Assembly (NCBI GenBank): GCA_030141605.1
Contig: JAQGDQ010002398.1
Coordinates: 61,107-95,584, forward strand
DNA length: 34,478 nucleotides
Direction of reading: 5' to 3'
Origin: Tubiluchus corallicola
Lineage: Eukaryota; Animalia; Priapulida
Shown here: piece after piece, positions 28,886-34,478 of the stretch
Layout: every line of letters starts with the position of its first letter
Numbering within the stretch: position 1 is the first letter of the stretch
Program-made: the position numbers and the translations under genes
Notes under the pieces: generated by a model
Database searches by the model: none
What the model saw: the letters and a program-made list of their open reading frames with translations, nothing else
Told to the model about the DNA's origin: nothing

Positions 28886-29226
28886 GACAAAGTAATAGTA
28901 GCCATCTTACATATCCCTCCCACTTTGGGATTAAATTTTGAAACAGAAATTTCAACAGACATTATACAAGAGAACGCTACAAAAACCTCATCTATTATCC
29001 GCTGAGCCACATGCTCAATTAAGTTAGAAGGCTTTGACATCTCTTTCTTTATAAGTTGGTAGATTTGGGAATAATCTACTGTTTTCGAAAGGTCATCCAA
29101 ATGATCATTATCAGATGGAAGATGCACAGAAACATCCACTTGAAACTTGTTGCCTCTCTCTCTTTCTTCAGGATGATAGCCATGGTAGGCATAAAATATC
29201 AAGCCTTGGAGCGTGATTTTTTTCAT
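28867..29226 (-). CDS. folB: Dihydroneopterin aldolase
   Basis: FYAYHG...EERERGNKF, DDLSKTVDY, LIEHVA and VSKFNP motifs. Confidence 0.95.
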   Translation of the reverse strand: MKKITLQGLIFYAYHGYHPEERERGNKFQVDVSVHLPSDNDHLDDLSKTVDYSQIYQLIKKEMSKPSNLIEHVAQRIIDEVFVAFSCIMSVEISVSKFNPKVGGICKMATITLSQKRKK

Positions 29227-29903
29227 GACAGGTCGTCAAAAAATGATGTTCTATTAGACCCACCCTTATTAGATGGCGTTGTGGGGGATGCATCGCGAGC
29301 CATTACTTCATCTGCCAGCTGACCATTAATCACTTTGTTGGCAAAGTCTCTTGCTCCTTGTATGTGGTTATCCAAGTTAGCATTAAATTTTTTCGCATTA
29401 GATATATCTATTCTATCGCGAATATCATTGACCAAGTGGGATAAATTTTTCATCACTTCTTCTCTCAGGTCTAGCAACATTTTGTAACCATGTTCGGCTG
29501 ACTTCACCTCTTCCAGCATTTGATACACAATCTGTTTTGAGCCTTTGTCTGCTTCTTCCACTATTTTTCTGTAGCGATCTCTTGCCTTATATACCAAACT
29601 TTCAGACTTGATTTCACCTTCTTTCATTCGGAGTTCGGCTGTCTTTGAGGCTTGTTCTATCATATTCGAACCAGCATTCTCTGCAGACTTAATAGCCTCA
29701 TACAAAGACCGTTCCATCTCTTTGAGTTTTGTTACTTCTCTTCGAAGGGTGTCAATGTTGCTTGCCATAGCTTTATTCTCTTTTAGAAGGCGTTCCCATT
29801 CATGAGACAAAAACATTAAGAATGTTTTCACTTCATTTGCGTCGTAACCTCTAAGCGATCGAGCAAAACTCTTTCTACGTATTTCTTGGGGAAGTATTTT
29901 CAT
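29223..29903 (-). CDS. DivIVA-domain protein
   Basis: ILPQEIRRKSFARSLRGYDANEV..FL N-terminal DivIVA motif followed by coiled coils; C-terminal SFFD. Confidence 0.9.
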   Translation of the reverse strand: MKILPQEIRRKSFARSLRGYDANEVKTFLMFLSHEWERLLKENKAMASNIDTLRREVTKLKEMERSLYEAIKSAENAGSNMIEQASKTAELRMKEGEIKSESLVYKARDRYRKIVEEADKGSKQIVYQMLEEVKSAEHGYKMLLDLREEVMKNLSHLVNDIRDRIDISNAKKFNANLDNHIQGARDFANKVINGQLADEVMARDASPTTPSNKGGSNRTSFFDDLS

Positions 29904-30014
29904 AAAGAACTAAAAATAAAACTAACTTGCAATATCTAAATTTTTTATTTAAAAACAAAAAAATATTGTTTTTTTGATTAAAGCCAATAAATGTTGAGCT
30001 TTTTATACCAAAAA

Positions 30015-32261
30015 TCAGCTTCTACCATATTTTCTAAATGCTTGAATGGTTTGGTAAATACCATAACCTATCACTATTCGGCTGATACCGTCTATTGTAT
30101 AGCTCCATTTTCCAATAACGTACTCCTCCATAAAGTCAAAGTCATGGGTTATGAAAAAGAATGCAAGAATATATTCGTATCTATTAGGAGGTGATTGATA
30201 TAGAGTAGATAGATACCATTCATAGAACCCATAAGTGGCAATACATGTAAAGACAAAGCCAAGCACCCAACTTGTCCCAAATAAATTTGAAATAAGGTTG
30301 AATAGGAGCAGTATAAAATTGTTAAAAAGTGAAAACCATTTAAAGACAGCTAAATACCATTTTTTTTGTTCATCTTTTTTGTTTTGTTCGTCTTTCTTGG
30401 ATTTTTTTGAAGAGAATAGTTTGCGGGTCGTCTCTTGAAAATGTTTTATCATCTCTTTTTGATGATATTTTAACGCATCAATTCTGTTGTTTTGTTTTAG
30501 CAATTGATCTTTAATCACCCTGAAAGAGTGCCTGTTGTGCGCCTTCTCTATCTCTGTATTTGTAAAATCAATAAACTTCTCTACAAATACAGAGAGAAAA
30601 TCAGCTCTTTTTATCTTACTATTTTGAAAACTTACAGACCCTTCAAAGGCGACATTAGCAAAAGAGATATCGTTTCCTTCTAAACTATTAAAGTATGCAC
30701 GCCCACTAAATTGTGCGTAGCGAAAATCCGTATCTTTTCCCTTAAACTTTGCTATGCTAAAATCCGTCTTTTCTCCATAAAACTGTGCGTAGCTAAAATC
30801 CGTCTTTTCTCCATAAAACTGTGCGTATCTAAAGCTTGTCTTTTCTCCATAAAACTTTGCGTTGCTAAAATACATCCGTTTGCTATTAAATTGTGTGAGG
30901 CAAAATCCGTATTTTCTCCATTAAACTGTGCTATGCGAAAATCCGTATTTTCTCCATTAAACTGTGATCGATAAAACTCGTATTTCCTTAAACTCTGTGT
31001 AGCGAAAATCCGTATTTTCTCCATTAAACTGTGCTATGCGAAAATCCGTATTTTCTCCATTAAACTGTGCATCGATAAAACTCGTATTTCCCTTAAACTC
31101 TGTGTAGCGAAAATCCGTATTTTCTCCATTAAACTGTGCTATGCGAAAATCCGTATTTTCTCCATTAAACTGTGCGTAGCGAAAATCCGTATTTTCTCCA
31201 TTAAACTGTGCATAGATAAAACTCGTATTTCCCTTAAACTCTGTGTAGCCAAAATCCGTATTTCCCTTAAACTCTGTGTAGCTAAAATCCACATTCTTAT
31301 CAAAAGTGAAAACAGGGGATTTGTCGAACAGAGTATGTATTTTTCTTGTTTTTTCTTTGTAGATTTCTAGGAATACTTTGCGTGGGTCGAAATTGAAAAT
31401 ACGGCATGAAAAATCAAAATCGTTATTAAGTAGTTTTTCTGCCTCTTCATACTGCTTTTTGGCAAAATGAAGTCTACCAAACTCCCCTTGCACTACCGCT
31501 ATCAAGTATCTGTCCTTCAAGCCCTCGGCAAGTAGCAAAGCCTTATTCAAATACTCCTCTCCTCTTGCTAACTCCTCTTCATCTACATGATTTGTTTGCA
31601 TGTTGTAGTTAATATCTATTCTGCCTAAATTGATATTAATAATAGCCTGCCTATAGTAGTCCTCTTGCAACATTGCACTAGTCAATGCTTCCTTAAACTC
31701 TTTTCTTGCACTCCTAAAATCACCTTGTAGCTCATGTAACGCAGCTATATTTATTTGTGTTATAAGGATGTTTTTTTGGTCTTGGGTTTCCTGTGCCAAT
31801 TCCAATGATTGCTTATAATATTCCATAGCCTCTTTGTAGAAGCCCAAATCTTTGAACAACAGACCTAAATTGTGAGATATTTTACCTATTAATACCGTGT
31901 TGTCGCTTTCTTCTGCAAGCTGTAACGCTTGGGAATATTTAACCAATGCATCATCGTGCTCAAATGCCATATAGTATGTACCCCCCACAGAGTTAAGTAT
32001 TTTTGCTTTGTGCTTATTTTTTACTTCATCTTCAAAGTGGCTGTTTTTCAATACCAACAACGCCTTGTCAAACATTGCAAATGCACTATCAAACTCTTTT
32101 TGTTTTCTCAAATCCTTGCCTTCTTTTACCAACTCTTCAATCTCTTCTAACTTTTCTTGAGTATAGGGAGAGAGAATTTCTTGACTTTCCGTTATGTTGT
32201 CGCACTGTGTCAACATAACTGATAGGGCTATTGCTAGTGAAAGAAAGATTAGTTTTTTCAT
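30015..32261 (-). CDS. Lipoprotein-signal / TPR / pentapeptide-repeat / C-terminal membrane-domain fusion protein (~750 aa once three single-base deletions are restored)
   Basis: MLTQ-C lipobox; MalT-like TPRs (ILNSVGGTYY, ISHNLGLLF, TQINIAALH, ININLGRI); AQFNGENTDFRY/TEFKGNTSFID repeats; C-terminal SNLFGTSW...IYQTIQAFRKYG. ORFs 30957-32261, 30752-31024 and 30015-30875 join through deletions near 30986, 30967 and 30901. Confidence 0.8.
30705..31292 (-). repeat. Coding tandem array of mixed 36-bp and 33-bp units (12- and 11-aa pentapeptide-type repeats)
   Basis: Near-identical units such as ccattaaactgtgctatgcgaaaatccgtattttct (36 bp) and cccttaaactctgtgtagccaaaatccgtattt (33 bp); roughly 16-17 units. 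Confidence 0.92.
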
Positions 32262-32313
32262 GAGCTTGTTAGTTTTTCATTTCAATTAGTTTATTTTGTA
32301 GTTAATAATAACT

Positions 32314-32337
32314 AAAAAAGAACTCCCAAAGAGAGTT
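32314..32337 (-). terminator. Probable intrinsic terminator on the minus strand
   Basis: Minus strand reads AACTCTC-TTT-GGGAGTT-CTTTTTT, starting at the TAA (32338-32336) of the repeat-containing frame. Confidence 0.6.
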
Positions 32338-32548
32338 ATTCATTCTCGTCATCTTTAATATTTTCTCTACCGCCTATAGCAAATTCTGATACAATGGCAG
32401 CGGGTGGAACGCCTGTAGAGAGGTTCTCTTTAATATTCTCTCTATCGCCTACAGCAAATTCTGATACAATGGCAGCGGGTGGAACGCCTGTAGAGAGGTT
32501 CTCTTTAATATTCTGTCCATCGCCTATAGACGATACGTGGAGAGCTAA
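32336..32548 (-). pseudogene. 3' fragment of an unidentified gene with 25-aa repeats; 5' part missing
   Basis: Open frame LALHVSSIGDGQNIK-ENLSTGVPPAAIVSEFAVGDRENIK-ENLSTGVPPAAIVSEFAIGGRENIK-DDENE*. It has no start codon, is bounded by TGA at 32551-32549 and is followed by a terminator. Confidence 0.5.
32352..32529. repeat. 75-bp tandem repeat, about 2.4 copies
   Basis: Units start at 32352, 32427 and 32502; copies 1 and 2 differ at 3 positions. Confidence 0.95.
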
Positions 32549-32551
32549 TCA

Positions 32552-34478
32552 TCCAATCCAATTAGAGAGCATTGTACTGCATGTAATAGCTGTCTGCATA
32601 AATTCTGCAGATGATATTGATAACGCACAGAGACAGGACTCTAAGCACTGTCGCTAAAAGCCAGCAGCATTACGTAATCAGTTCTGCGATTTTACACATT
32701 CCAGAACTTTTCCGAATTCTGACAAGACTTTTAGTACGTTTTCGGATTTTCCTAGTTAGCTGTTATTAGGAGTATATTAGCCATATCTCTGCCTGTCAAT
32801 TTCAGCAGCAGACTTGCAATTACGGGGACAAGAAATAAACTATTACTGCCAAATTATCTTGACAAGTTGTCATGGTGTTGTTGTAAGAGTGCAGCACATT
32901 ATAATCTGTGTTATAATGAGCAGTGTTGGTGTGGCATTGTTGCTGCATCAATAGAGTCTGGATAAAACAGGATATCAGAAATGTTATCAGGGCGCGTGTT
33001 TATTTAAAAATATAATAGACTCGGAGAAATTATGGCACAGCCCTACGGCTGAAAGAAGCTTATTTTACACCTTGAAGGAACCTTAATTTGAAAAAAAGAT
33101 TATTCTACTACTAATTGGGGTAAGGTTTAATCCATATCAGATTAAAGAAAAGGCGTGGGTCATTACGTAAATATATAATAATCTAAGCTCTTGTAAAATA
33201 TACAATGGAAAGTGAACACAGCTATTTCACGAGTGACAACTACATCAGTTTCAGTTTTAGAATTTCTAATATTCAAACTTCCCCTGTCTGTCTCCAAGGA
33301 GGAGAGAAGCCCAATTAAATGTGCTTAAACGACTTGCCCATTATACTGACTGAATTAAGTCTGAAAATGACTTAGTGACGACTTGGTGAGTTCTACCAGC
33401 ATAAAATTAATGACCACGTACTCTCTATAGGTAGAAATAATCCAACAGCCTTGCCCGCACACAGGTTATTGAAAAATATTTTGAATTTTTGGCAGAAAGG
33501 TGAAGTGTTCCCATTTAGGTTTAGGGGAATCAAATTGGTAACCTAAATGTATTCACTTCCCCAGTGTAATAATTTTACTTCAAGGAGATAGCATGAATGT
33601 GGAGATATTAATATTGCTCCCTTGTGTGTAATTGGGCTTGATTTCACATTTTGTTTAACATTGACCTAGATGCCGGATGCAACTTCTGTGTTAAAAAAGA
33701 AATTTTTTGATGCTCCCATTTATTTGTACTCTACACTGTAGTAACCGAAACATGTATCAATTATTTGACGTAATTTTGCTTAATATCAAATGGACTTATA
33801 ATAGAAGATAATTGTCAAACTTTGATATGCATTCTATAATTATACTTGACAGCCAGGTTTTACTTATTTGCAACCATCTGCTCTCACAAGCGGCTGCACT
33901 TCTCATCTGATTCTCCAGGAAATAATTTCAGCCCTCTAGTGAATCTGAAGAAAGCTTTCATCTTTTACAAGCCTTCAAGGCTAAACCCATCCATGATTAT
34001 TAATAAGGCACTTAGCCCTTTCGAAAAAATCAATTACACCTTGTGCATTAAATTAAAACTGTTCTGCATATTTAAGTTGGCTGTGATTAATAGTACAATC
34101 ACACAATGGAATAACGTATCAATTCAGCTTAGTTCAGACTAAGACACTCACAAGGAATATTGTCGAAAAGTTATTAAACAAACGCAGTGGCATCAAAGTT
34201 TAATGTTTGCCATGCACGCAGTTAGTTAAGCCCACATGAAAATCAATACACAAATGTAGAATATTTGTTTCCAAACTTTTTAGAAGGAAATCTTTACTAT
34301 TAGAAGACAGTTGGGCAAATAGATATTGAATTTATAACAAGAAGGGCAAATGGGGGAATTAGGGGAAAAACTAATGCAGTGACCAAACTAATGCGGAGGC
34401 TGATGAAAGTTTAGTTTTGTATATATAAAAATTCTGTACTTCAAGTAGAAATTCACGCTGAATCCTGTCTGTGATTAT
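32552..34478. other. Gene-free, compositionally distinct DNA (possible foreign or chimeric segment)
   Basis: ~1.9 kb with no recognisable ORF, in contrast to the very dense coding and A-tract-rich spacers of the rest of the window. Confidence 0.55.

Noticed and set aside
30040-30080. K+ channel GYG selectivity filter
   Set aside because: The GYG lies inside the last TM helix (RIVIGYGIYQ), not in a TxGYG pore loop.
30705-31292. CRISPR array (36-bp units) or DGR template/variable repeats
   Set aside because: Units are contiguous and protein-coding; there is no reverse transcriptase and no adenine-specific TR/VR pair.
32352-32529. CRISPR array
   Set aside because: The whole 75-bp unit is duplicated with no unique spacers, the length is a multiple of 3, and no cas genes are present.
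32394-32657. 87-aa plus-strand repeat ORF
   Set aside because: The opposite strand has the stop-plus-terminator arrangement and more protein-like substitutions.
33846-34142. 98-aa ORF in the terminal region
   Set aside because: TTG start, no recognisable motif, isolated; compatible with chance.
34392-34473. Hammerhead ribozyme (CTGATGA at 34400, GAAA-TTCA-cgc-TGAA-TC at 34448-34464)
   Set aside because: Stem II lacks its closing pair (A opposite A) and stem I is weak and bulged; probably chance.

Overview
AT-rich Bacteroidota DNA, probably Cytophagales-like (judged from protein sequences and TTTG-N20-TAnnTTTG promoters). Most of the window is housekeeping: the 3' end of sdhB, an RND efflux operon, truB-ribF, tilS, mdh, a fused 2-oxoacid dehydrogenase E1, rnr, leuB, a GIN/DUF2807 protein, surA-moxR, gdhA, psd, a GT2, folB and divIVA. 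Two small accessory blocks carry orphan genes resembling Bacteroidota Mu-like (transposable) prophage genes. One is DUF3164 plus a small partner gene, followed by a ~100-nt rod-like RNA structure. The other is a tail-fibre-like gene convergent with a lipoprotein. Each block sits behind its own near-consensus host primary-sigma promoter, and no transposase, integrase or att site is visible. This suggests dispersed, possibly domesticated phage genes and is the best candidate for an undescribed system here. The right end holds an unusual lipoprotein-TPR-pentapeptide-membrane fusion gene and a 75-bp tandem repeat ending a 5'-truncated gene. It finishes with ~1.9 kb of gene-free, compositionally different DNA that may be a chimeric join. 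Deletion-type frameshifts in ribF, surA and the pentapeptide gene look like long-read errors.
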